A stretch of DNA of 64,000 nt from Tubulanus polymorphus. Its lineage: Eukaryota > Animalia > Nemertea. Under the pieces are notes generated by a model. That model was not told the DNA's origin. It made no database searches and saw only the letters and a list, made by a program, of their open reading frames with translations. Below, piece after piece: positions 19,213 through 31,339 of this stretch. The position numbers were made by a program, and so were the translations under genes. The stretch spans positions 7,448,655 through 7,512,654 of the forward strand of contig NC_134033.1 in NCBI RefSeq assembly GCF_964204645.1. The letters are read 5' to 3'. Positions within the stretch are counted from its first letter, which is position 1. Each line of letters opens with the position of its first letter.

Positions 19213-20970
19213 GATTTTGTCGCCCGCGACAATTCATTATTTTGGTTTTGTCACACGCGACAATTCAATATTTTGGTTTTATCGCCCGCGACAATTCATT
19301 ATTTTGGTTTTATCCCTTGCGACAATTCATTATTTTGGTTTTGTCGCCCACGACAATTCACTACTTTGGTTTTATCGCCAGCGACAATTCATTATTTTGG
19401 TTTTGTCGCCCGCGACAATTCTTCTTTTTGGTTTTGTCGCCCGCGACAATTCATTATTTTGGTTTTATATTTTGTTTTTGTCGCCCGCGACAATTTTTTT
19501 TTTGTTTTGTCGTCCGCGACAATTCAATATTTTGGTTTTATCGCCCGCGATAATTCATTATTTTGGTTTTGTCGCCCGAGACAATTCATTATTTTGGTTT
19601 TATCGCCGGCGACAATTCATTATCACGGTTTTATCGCCCGCGACAATTCATTATTTTGGTTTTGTCGCCCGCGACAATTCACCATTTTGGTTTTGTCGCC
19701 CGCGACAATTCACCATTTTGGTTTTGTCACCCGCGAAAATTCATTATTTTTGTTTTATCGCCCGCGACAATTCATTATTTTGGTTTTATCGCCCGCGACA
19801 ATTCATTATTTTGGTTTTGTCGCCCCGACAATTCTTTTTTTGGTTTTGTCGCCCGTGACAATTCATTAGTTTGGTTTTGTCGCCCGCGACAATTCAATAT
19901 TTAGGTTTTGTCGCCCGCGACAATTCAATATTTAGGTTTTGTCGCCCGCGACAATTCAATATTTTGGTTTTATCGCCCGCGACAATTCATTACTTTGGTT
20001 TTATCTCCAGCGACAATTCATTATTTTCGTTTTGTCACCCGCGAAAATTCATTATTTTAGTTTTATATTTTGTTTAAGTCGCCCGCGACAATTTTTTTTG
20101 GGTTTTGTCGCCCGCGACAATTAATTATTTTAATTTGATCGCCCGTGACAATTCAATATTTTGGTTTTATCGCCCGCGATAATTCATTATTTTGGTTTTA
20201 TCACCCGCGACAATTCATTGTTTTGGTTTTGTCACCCGAGAGAATTCATCATTTTGTTTTATCGCCCGCGACAACTCATTACTTTGGTTTTGTCGCCCAC
20301 GACAATTCAATACTTTGGTTTTATCGCCCGCGACAATTCAATATTTTGGTTTTTTCGCTCGTGACAAGTCATTATTTTGGTTTTATCGCCAGCGACAAGT
20401 CATTATTTTGGTTTTGTCGCCCGCGACAATTCATTATTTTGGTTTTGTATCCCGCGACAATTCAATATCTTGGTATTATCGCCCGCTACAATTCAATATT
20501 TTGGTTTTATCGCCCGCTACAAGTCATTATTTTGGTTTTTGGACAATTCTTTTTGTTGGTTTTTTCGCCCGCAACAATTCATTATTTTGGTTTTGTCGCC
20601 CGCGACAATGCAATATTTTGTTTTTGTCGTCCGTTACAATTTTTTTTTGGTTTTGTCGCCTGCGACAATTCATTATTTTGGTTTTGTCGCCCGCGACAAT
20701 TCAATATTTTGGTTTTATCGCCCGCTACAATTCATTATTTTGGTTTTGTCGCCCGCGACAATTCTTTTTTTGGTTTTGTCGCCCGCGACAAGTTATTATT
20801 TTGGTTTTGTCGCCCGCGACAATTCATTAGTTTGGTTTTGTCACCCGCGACTATTCAATATTTTGGTATTGTCGCCCGCGACAATTCATTATTTTGGTTT
20901 TATCGCCTGCAACAATTCATTATTTTGGTTTTATCACCCACGAAAATTCATTATTTTGGTTTTGTCGCCC
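19213..20970. repeat. 31-bp minisatellite (TTTGGTTTTGTCGCCCGCGACAATTCATTAT), roughly 55 copies
   Basis: Direct reading; each unit has the palindrome TTGTCGC-CC-GCGACAA. Confidence 0.95.
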
Positions 20971-21018
20971 ACTTTATTAGCTTTTGAATAATAATCCAAT
21001 TAATAACATAATAAAGTA

Positions 21019-21815
21019 AGTGTCGAATATTAAATATTAAAGTCATTTTTGCAGATTCTTTTTTTTTAAATTGATATTAAAGCGATCATTCAAGTGATCC
21101 TACTTAATGAAAGATCACATATCATTTCTTTTTCTAAAGATGTACGGAAGCTTATATGTCAAAAGCGATAAAGGGCCTCGAGTTGTCGCCATATTTATGT
21201 CGACATATCGCGATATATCGCGTCAACTCTACATGAATATATCGACATATCGTGACGTTTTCACAACAAATTTCGATTTTTTGCTCATTTTCCACGGGTC
21301 AAGCCGTCATTTGAAGAAATGTCTAAATGTAAGATGAGGACGCCAGTAATATGACGACTGAGTTTCAAGTCGTCATGAATATGTCGACTTGTCGCGAGGA
21401 AAATGGTCGAGAAAACGAAATATGTCGTCAAAACGTCACGATATATCGACATATTCATGTCGACTTGACGCGATATATCGCGGTATGTCGACATAAATAT
21501 GGCGACTTGTCGAGTTGGAACGCGATATCTCGAGGCCCTTATCGCTTCCGTAGATATAGTGTCGAATATTTAGGTCATTTTGGCAGATTCTTTTTTTTGA
21601 AAGTGATATTAAAGCGATCATTCAAGTGATCCTACTTAATGAAAAATCTACGGAAGCGATAAAGGGCCTCGAGTTGTCGCGTTCCAACTCGACAAGTCGC
21701 CATATTTATGTCGATATATCGCGATATATCGCATCAAGTCAACATAAATATGTTGACATATCGCGACGTTTTGACGACTTGAAACTCAGTCGTCATATCA
21801 CTGGCGTCCTCATCT
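21019..21815. repeat. CpG-rich fold-back repeat: three related units in alternating orientation plus a direct duplication
   Basis: GTCGCCATATTTATGTCGA.. at about 21185 (+), 21487-21505 (-) and 21696 (+); AGTGTCGAATATT..TACTTAATGAAA at 21019 and 21558. Confidence 0.8.
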
Positions 21816-24128
21816 TTCAGCAACGCCAGTCACATGGAGTCGTACGTGTTCTACTTTCTGCGACGCGACACGACTGTCACAACCAACCGACGCGCTCTTG
21901 CGACTGGCAGAAACTAGTCGCACACAATCGTATTGCAACCGACTTGCACCGAAACTTGCGATGCAAGGCGAGGATCGCATCGTGTCACAAGACCAACCTA
22001 CGTCCGGCTTTAAGTTACTGCGGAGCACCAGAAATATCTTTTTTTTCGTTCAAAAGACCTTTCGCTTGAAAATTCTTTCGTCGGAACAAAATTTATTTCG
22101 TTCGAACCAATAATATTCTATACGATTGAACCAATTTGAAAAAATCGTTAGAACAAAGTTGAACAAACTTTTTTTTTGTCCAAACGAAAGGTTTTTCGTT
22201 CGAACAATCGTTCAATTGAACAGAATCGTTTTAATTTGAACAGAATTTTCTTGTCAGAACATTAAGTTTTTCGTTCGAACAAGTATATTGAAAAGAATTT
22301 TTTCTCCGAACCGAAAGTATTAAGTTTTTCGTTCAATCGAACAGAATTGTTTTCATTCAAACATTCGTTCATAAAAATTGTTTTCGCTCAACCGAATTTT
22401 TTTGCCGGGACTAAAAATTTTTCATTTCAACAATAACATAGCTTTTTATTCGAACACACTTTTTTTGTCAGAATGAAGAACATTTTTAGTTCAAGCAAAA
22501 AGCGTATTGTTCGATCAAACAGAATTATTTTCATTCGAACAAGATTTTCTTGTTGGAACATTAAAGTTTTTTGGTCGAACAGCGTGTTAAGGTCGATTTG
22601 GAAATTTACTCGGTCGGGTATATGTTGGATTACTGTGTATGTCATTTGTCAGGACATTAAACACAAGACTGACTGACTTATTCCAAGATGAGGCGTTCCG
22701 TTGATTTCGGCTTCAAGTTTTCGTTCAGAGATAACTGCTGAGCCATTTGGGCGACCTATCATTGATACTGTTTCCTAATAGCCTGTTTTGTAATAGCTGA
22801 TGTTGTGCCTTATCAAATGCTTCGTCGAAATCCACCGTTGAACAGGATTCTAAAACTGTTCAGAAAACCCGTTATCACAGCTTTGCAGCTATATTTGTCT
22901 TTGTAAGTCAAAACTTACCCCCAGCAACTGCCTTTTGATATGCAAGTGTGAATGTCACAGCAACACCATCAATTTCCATAGAAAATTCTCGATAGTAAGA
23001 CCTTCTAAAATTAGAAAAAGAAATTTGATCTCATCAGTGCTAGTAACAACCCCACTATTCGGGCAATGAATGCTGAATGAAACTGTTCAGAGATATTGAT
23101 TAAACTGTGCAGATTGTTTCGTTGGAAAAGTTTTAGCGTCAATAAAAAAGTTATTGATTTGAATTGTATAACAAAAAATATCGAATGGGGTTTTTTAATA
23201 ATATCTTCATTTTTCCTTTAGTCTGAATAATGATCGCTACTAATTTAAGGGGAGGGGGTACATAAGGACCATATAGATTGCGTTAGGTTTGTAAATATAA
23301 ACGATTTAAGCAAAAAAGATCATTTCCATGCAAATTTCACTTACACGACGCGCGACTGATCCGCCATCTTGTTCCGAATACGTACTTGGAGGTACTTGCT
23401 CGGCTAGTAGGTACCCTACCCGGCATAACCAGGTATGGTACTCGTCGCTCATAAAAACGACCGGGTAGGCATACTCGGTGCTCATAAAAACGATTGCATA
23501 CCCGGGTATGATACTCGGTGTGCCCATAAAAACGCCTTTAGTTTCGCTTATTCGATGAGACGCCATTTTAACCCGGAACTAACTCGATACTGACATGTTT
23601 GACATGCATCAAAAATGTAAAATGGAGGATGGGATCAACCGGTCTCTAACTGAAGGTAGAGACCGGCAACCAGTTTATCTGCAGATTTTCCAGAACCTGC
23701 CCTGAGAGGCCACCAGGCTTCTCAGGACAGGAACCTGCCCTGAGAGACCAGTGGTTTGAATCAATAGAAAATGAAAACCATTCACCAGATTGAGCTGAAA
23801 CGGTGGCAAGTCAAGGTAGTCGGGAAATTCGGATTCAAACTTAAGTTCTCGAACATAGAAGACTACGCTGTTTTTTTATATTTATTTCAGAAACTAATTA
23901 AAACAAACAGATACTTTTGACCAAATATAGCTAAAACAGTTGCATGTCAAGATGATAGGGAATGTGATGGACCGGTAAAGTCCGGTATCCGGCTTTTACC
24001 GAGTCCAAATCCGTATTTTAGTGACCCCGTATTGTGTGGTGATTCTTTTGTTCTCTTTTGGCGTGGTAATAAAAGAAAGAAGACGTTAGGTAAATCTCGG
24101 CGTGGTCTTTGATTAATTTAGAGGTTCT

Positions 24129-24359
24129 GTGGAAACGATTATTCCTCCTTTCTTGATTGAGCCAACGAAAGAGGAGATTTCACAAATGGTGGCAGCGGTG
24201 GGAGAGCCTGATCATCCTGGAAGTCAGTGCCCCCAGCTCCAGTGTTACAACTGCGGTCAACGAGGACATTATTCCCGTCAATGCCAAGTCACCAAACCAT
24301 CATCATCGGGAAACGACACAAGGGGCTCTCAGAGGGGCAGGAGAACCCCGACCCAGTAG
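24129..24359 (+). pseudogene. gag: Gag C-terminus with CCHC zinc knuckle
   Basis: CYNCGQRGHYSRQC. Confidence 0.85.
24308..24350 (+). other. Programmed -1 ribosomal frameshift signal (G GGA AAC plus downstream stem)
   Basis: Slippery heptamer in the correct gag phase; the -1 frame is the protease-containing ORF 24227-24877; GGGGCTCTC...GGAGAACCCC follows. Confidence 0.75.
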
Positions 24360-27300
24360 GACTACCCTACCCTGGGCAGCCCCATGATGCGTCAAGAAAA
24401 TATCAAATACCGCAAAGACGTATGAGGCAACAGATTTTGGGTGATGTGCCTGCAGGTGACTCGAACCTAACCCAGATGGCTGGTATAATGGTATCACCTG
24501 AACTAGAACCACTCCCCCATACCTATGAATCAAAAATTGAAACTGAGATAGGGGCGCCACACCACCAACAGTGGGAGGGTTCACCTCTCTCTACAACCAG
24601 CGTAGGGCGCTCAGGTGTTTACACCGTGGGCGATGTAATCGTTCATGACTCAGGACTTTATTGTACGGGCCAAATAAATAGCCAAGATGAGGTCTGTATC
24701 CTTCTCGATACGGGTGCTGCAGTCACTGTCCTAAAGACCTCAGTCTGGGCAGCGTGTAACCCAACAAAGTCGGTAAGCGAGGTGCAAAAAGCCGAGGGAT
24801 GCCTAAGTACAGCTAATGGGACAGGATCTTCACCTAAGAGGGATAGAGATAGTGCGGCTTACATTAGGGGGTCGTAACTTTGATATCTCCATGGTTATTG
24901 TAGATGATATTACTCAAGATTGTCTACTGGGTAGTGATTTCTTTGAGTCCTTCAACTGCAAGATTGATTTTGAATTAAAGGAGCTTACTTTTGGCACGGC
25001 TAGCATTCCACTTCGAAATCAAGAGAGTAAGGCCAAATGCTGCAGGATTTTCGCCAGTAAGACCTTGTGTATCCCGGCGGGAACAGAGATAGTCACTAGT
25101 GGTACAATGCGACTTAAATTCGTGGGTAATAACTCGACTTCAGGTACCATTGAGAACTTAAAGTCATCGAAGAGTCGCACACCGGTGCGACTAGCAAATT
25201 TCACCGATTCACCACAGTGGATAAAAAGGGGCCAACCCATCGCCTGGTTTAGTCCAATTGAGTCCCTGACCTTGTCCCGGATTAATGAGGGCGAAAAGAG
25301 TGACCATGACCGTTTAGTCTCACTGGAACCGATCCCTGAAGAAAAGGCCCAGTCCGTGCTAGATGACTTGCTGATTACGGATGTGGGGATGCCGGAGGAG
25401 ACCAAAAAGGAATTGACCAGAGTAATCCGGAGGAACATTGATGTGTTCTCGACAGGTGATTTCGATCTGGGGCGCACCAGCCTATTAGAACACGAAATTG
25501 ACACCCAGGATACTCGTCCGATTAAGCAAAACCCTCGTCGAATACCACCTAATCGACAGAAATTTGTGTCGGACACGACTGATCAACTTCTAGAACAGGG
25601 TTTGATACGTGAGTCACATGGAGCTTGGTCAAGCCCGATAGTTCTCGCAAAGAAAGCAGATGGCTCACTTCGATTCTGTGTGGGCTACCGTAAACTTAAT
25701 GAGGCCACGGTCAAAGTCGCCCATCCATTACCGAGGGTTGACTCGACGCTTGAGACTCTTGCGGGATCAACGTGGTTTTCGTCACTCAAGTGGATACTGG
25801 CAGATGCCCGTGAGTGAAGCAGATAAAGTGAAAACAGCCTTCGCTACAGAAAGGGGCTTATTCGAATGGAATGTCATGCCATTCCCGCTAACCAATGCAC
25901 CTGCGTCGTTTTCACGGCTGATGGCTCTGGTTTTGGAGCCCGTAGCATGGAAAACTTGTTTAGTGTATCTGGACGATGTTATTGTTTTCAGCCCTGACTT
26001 GGGAAGTCATCTTAATCGACTTGTCGAAGTTTTTGCCTGTTTCCGAGCAGCTAACTTGAAGCTGAAACCCAAGAAGTGCCACTTGTTTCGGAGGATGCTG
26101 AAATTCCTAGGTCATATAGTTAGCGGGGCTGGAATCCATACTGATCCGGAGAAAGTACAGCGAGTGGTTGATTGGCCGGCCCCTCCAACTTAACTGAACT
26201 TAGGAGTTTCATTGGCCTCGTCGCATATTACTCTCGTTTCATTGAAGATTATGCGTCGATTGCTCACCCGCTCTACACTCTTACCAAGAAAGGAACACCG
26301 TTTCATTGGGGAAAGGCACAGGAGTCTGCATTTCAGCGATTGAAAATGGCCCTTGTAAAACCACCAATTCTCGGATTCCCTGATTTAAGTACGTCGGCAA
26401 ACACCTTCATTCTCGACACTGATGCCAGCAACTGGGCTATCGGCGGTGTCCTTTCACAAGAAGATAGCCAGGGGGTTGAGAGAGTTATTGCCTATAGTGG
26501 ACGTACACTGAAAGGAGGTGAAGAAAATTACTGTACGACACGTCGAGAGATGCTTGCTTTAGTAGACATGATCCATCATTTCAGACATTATCTGCTCGGC
26601 AAAGATTCCTGGTAAGGACTGACCACGCGGCCCTCAATTGGTTAAGAAATTTTAAGGAGCAGGAGGGTCAGATTGCGCGCTGAAACGAGCGCCTTGGAGA
26701 GTACCAGTTCGATATTCAGCATCGGCCCGTAAGGCAACATGGGAATGCAGATGCCATGTCTCGTTTCCCAAAAAAGGTCAGACGTCATGGCGATTGTCCC
26801 AGTTGTGGACTGACTGAACCGAAACCGATACGACGAATACAGGAATTGACAGGAACTATTAAGCACGATTTGAACATGCGAGAAATTGAGAGTGCACAGA
26901 AAGCAGACCCACAAATAGACCTCGTCCGTACAATGGTGCTGAGTAACCAAAATAAGCCAAAACCTAATACAAATGAGATGCGACAGTTCGGTCGTATAAG
27001 TAGGAGTCTGTTAGCTATTTATGAGCGGTTGTTAGTTGTGGACAATGTGCTGTGTGTAACACCCATAACAGGGACTCGGTACACTAGGGACCGGATTGTA
27101 CTGCCGAGTAAGTTAAATGAGACCGCCCTGAGGGAGTTACACGATGGTTTTGCAGGGAAACACCTAGGTGAAAGGAAAACTGACCAGAAAGTCAAAGAAC
27201 GTTTTTGGTGCCCCGGCCTGAAAGGTATGGTGCGGAGATATGTCCAGAGCTGTAAGGCCTGCCAAACCAGCAAAAACCCACCTAGAAAGGCCAGGGCCCC

Positions 27301-28663
27301 ACTCATCTCGACACCTATTGGCCATGCAAACCAGCGTCTGCATATCGACGTGATAGGGCCGATAAACCCTAGGACACGAAGAGGCAACCAGTATATACTA
27401 GTTGTGCAGGACGCTTTCACCAAGTGGCTAGAAGCCTGGCCGATGCGGAACCAGTAGGTAAAAACAGTGGCACGGTTACTCATCAATGAGTGGATCTGCA
27501 AATATGGTTGCCCGGAGAGCCTCCATTCAGATAAGGGCTCCAATTTCACGTCGAGGGTGTTCAAGGAGATCAATCAGCTACTCGGCATCCATCGAACTTT
27601 AACCACCGCTTTCCACCCTCAAGGGAACGGACAAGTTGAAAATTTCAACAAATCGATCAAAGCGATGCTGACAGTGACAGTTGACGAGAATGGGAAAGAC
27701 TGGGATGACCACCTTCCGGGATGCTTAATGGCATTCCGATCGAGTGTTCAGTCATCAACACAGGAGACTCCATCCTTTTTGACATTTGGACGTGAAATGA
27801 GTCTCCCGATTGATCTGATGGTGGGTAGCCCGGAGCCGGATCAGCCCACTACAGAATACGCCCGGTGTGTCGGGGGCCGACTTGAATCTGCCTACAATGC
27901 AGTCAGGGAGAGAGTGACCGTTGCCCAACGGCGCCAGCGACAGTATTATGACAGATTCACACACGTGGTGGCTATCAAGTGGGTGACAGAGTCTGGCTAT
28001 ACAGTCACTATGTCAAGCCTGGGGAGGCCCCGAAATTCCATAAGAAGTGGTATGGCCCGTTTGTGGTCACACAGCGCCTGACTGAGGTGAATTATCGGGT
28101 GGAGACTCTGTCAGGAAAGACCAAGACCAAAGTCGTCCACTTCAACGACATGAAACCGGTCAGTTAGGTTTGATGGTGGTAAAAACCCCCAGGTTCCCCA
28201 GAACAAACCTCCCTCCACTAGGCACGGCACCATGAAGCATGACCCGGTAGCACAAGGACGTAGCCCAACAAGCTCGGAGGTGGAGGAGGAAGAGGATCAG
28301 CTGATTCCGGTGGAACCGCACCCTCAGAATGGAAGGATTCGAACCGAAACACCTGTTCGAGCTGAACCACCGACTCTCGCTGAGGAAAGTGGCTCAGAAC
28401 AAGGTGAAACCGACGGAGAATCGGTAGATGAGGGACAACCGGCCAGGGGACGACTCCGACCGCGAGCTGCACTAAAGGCTCCTACATGGCAGAGGGACTT
28501 TGTGTGCTCAGTGGCTCCCATTAACCATGACGTCTGGATGGAAACTTGGGACCGGATCCGGAAACAAAAGCCATTCTGGCTGAAAAAGGGTAGAGAGATC
28601 TCAAGGGCCCTGAAAATGAATCGACTACGTGACTGGGTGGGGTGGTTCACGCGAGCTCTTTAG
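24311..28663 (+). pseudogene. pol: Gypsy pol with several frameshifts and stops
   Basis: LLDTGA protease; WSSPIVL, YLDDVI RT; LDTDAS RNase H; HHCC and LHIDV/HSDKG/VENFN integrase; GPF motif. Confidence 0.93.
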
Positions 28664-28764
28664 TATAGGCAGTATACGGAGCTCCGCGAACCGACCATTC
28701 TCAGGACTGGGTGAACGTGGCCACTGTCCTTGAACTCTTGCAAACCGGAACTCCAACACTTAAC

Positions 28765-29500
28765 TCGTGGATTACCCTTATATAAAGTGGCTGGGATCGA
28801 GGGGCTGTGTGTGTCGGTGATTCCCTTATATAAAGTGGCTGGGATCGAGGGGCTGTGTGGTGCGTGGATTATCCTTATATAAAGTGGCTGGGATCGAGGG
28901 GCTGGGTATATGCGTGGATTACCCGCCGATTACCCTCATATAAAGTGGCTAGGATCGAGGGGCTGGGTATATGCGTGGATTACCCGCCGATTTCCCTCAT
29001 ATAAAGTGGCTAGGATCGAGGGGCTGCGTGGTTGCGTGGATTACCCTTATATAAAGTGGCTGGGATCGAGGGGCTGTGTGACGCGTGGATTACCCTTATA
29101 TAAAGTGGCTGGGATCGAGGGGCTGTGTGACGCGTGGATTACCCTTATATAAAGTGGCTGGGATCGAGGGGCTGGGTATATGCGTGGATTACCCGCCGAT
29201 TACCCTCATATAAAGTGGCTAGGTTCGAGGGGCTGCGTGGTTGCGTGGATTACCCTTATATAAAGTGGCTGGGATCGAGGGGCTGTGTGACGCGTGGATT
29301 ACCCTTATATAAAGTGGCTGGGATCGAGGGGCTGCGTGGTTGCGTGGATTACCCTTATAAAATGTGGCTGGGATCGAGGGGCTGGGTGGTGCGTGGATTA
29401 CCCTTATATAAAGTGGCTGGGATCGAGGGGCTGTGTGGCGCGTGGATTACCCTCGGTTTGTCGGTATGTCGGTTCGTCGGTATGTCGGTTTGTCGGTATG
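28765..29500. repeat. 49-61-bp tandem array (GCGTGGATTACCCTTATATAAAGTGGCTGGGATCGAGGGGCTG), about 14 units, followed by a GTCGGT microsatellite
   Basis: Direct reading; start of a nested insertion (about 28760-30965) within the Gypsy element. Confidence 0.9.
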
Positions 29501-30967
29501 TCTTGAAAAGTACGCAGCCGAATTCCTCCTTTTCTAAAAATGTATCCTTGAGCGGGGAACTATTCCACGCTATACTGGACTTGAACCCAATATTTTACGT
29601 CGAAATTGCCGACTGGCGCTCAGTCGGCACTTTTACCACTCAGTACTCGGCAACTACTCATCCGATTTCAATAAATAAACTACCTACACTGACCTTATGT
29701 TGTTATCTTTTCATTGTTTACACTCAAAAGAATATATTTGAAGTTCAAGTGGCTGGAAATTGCCTCTAGAAATATTTTAGTACCGCTTTTGTTGTACTAA
29801 AAAACGGTTCCTCACGAGACTCACCCGCATGAAAAAATCAATATCTTGCAACACAACAATAGATACCGCTCTGAGCGACTCGTGGATATTTGACAAGTCA
29901 TGAAAAATCGTTTCATACACAAAATACGATGACAAAATGACTAAATAAACACAACAGTAAGAACAAGAAAGATCAGAGGTTTGCAATGATGGTTTATTTT
30001 TTGAAATCGGATGAATGAGAGCTGAGTAGTGGTGATATAATTAGAATTGAATTAAAAAGAATTTAAAATCACCGCGTATATGGCTTCCGCGACTGTCAGG
30101 GGTCGGGTTAGCGATATACCACTGACACTAAGGTTCTCAGTGAATGGCCACGTGGTAGGCATTTCACTGTGTGGGTGTAATTATTAGGCGAATAACTGTA
30201 ACGATGATGGATGGCTGTATGCAGCCCAGTGTTTTCAAAAAATAAATCCATTTTTTCTAAATTGATGAATCTTGTTCTAATTATCAAAATCATTTCCAGC
30301 TAAGATCTATTGAAATATCGTCTATTAAAATCATCGTGCACGTAACGGGCAGTCATCAGTCAATGTGAAATGTATTGTCCGCATTTAATAGATTTTGAGA
30401 AGGTTCGCACAGCAGTTGGCCAACGCGCAGATTTTCTGCCCTGTAATAGACCACTGCAGTCGAGATTTATTCACTATGTACAATAAATTACTCTTATTAT
30501 GCTGTTTGAAATGACAATTCGACTTCATTTTGAAACCCGTTCTTTGAATTACGTGCTTCGGATATCCGAAGCCAATTAGTGAAAAACGTGTAATTCGTAA
30601 AACGTAAGTCTTAAATCGTAAGTCGTAACGTATTGTAGCAAATGTATTAGTAACTCGTAAAACGTAAATCGTAAAACGTAACTCGTAAGTCGTATGGCCC
30701 TTGAGGTATTCCATATCTAACAATCCACGCAATCCGCTATCGATCAAGTCGATCATGACGACGACCTAAAGGCATGTCTCTGTAACCGAAGCTAGAGCAT
30801 AAAACACGGTGCAGGACTCGTCAGCGGACACCGGCCCAGAAAACATTTCAAAACGTGTATTGTCGGTACCTAGCACGATTTCAGCGTTTTTCGGGAATTC
30901 CCTGAAATTTCGGCTTTTTTTTCGGAAATTCCCTGAAATTCTTCAGCTTTTTCAGCGAAGTTCAGGA

Positions 30968-31339
30968 ACCGGTCTACTGGGCTATCTCAAGGGAGTCCAG
31001 GTGAACTGTTCAGCCGTCGTATTCAACCACGGTATGAACCACACGCGTGAGTTTGGGAGACACACCACTATGGACCTCCAGGAGCTCCGTAGTCTGTTAC
31101 GGAAGAGGTACCCCAAAGCTCCGCTGTATCACCTGGAAGTCCCTGTCCCTCCCTGCCTCGAAGGGAACGCAGGTGCTGTGCGGCGCATCGCCCGAATAAA
31201 CCGCAAAGCGAAAGAGGTTGGCTTCATTGAGATACCACACCCGGAGCTGAAACCTACCAATTTTAATGGTATCCATTATAAGGGTGAGGTTCCGGAATGG
31301 ATCATGAGGCACATCCTGTGCTATATAACCCGCGGTTAA
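30968..31339 (+). pseudogene. 3' half of an SGNH-hydrolase-like extra ORF of the Gypsy element
   Basis: AVVFNHGMNH (block III-like), RINRK, FNGIHY (block V-like); homologous to 59.5-60.2 kb. Confidence 0.6.

Noticed and set aside
19147-20991. Many overlapping ORFs of 200-280 aa
   Set aside because: Translations of a stop-poor 31-bp minisatellite in all frames.
28910-29769. Repetitive ORFs (DYPYIKWLGSRG) and apparent TATA boxes
   Set aside because: Products of a tandem array; no independent evidence of coding or promoter function.
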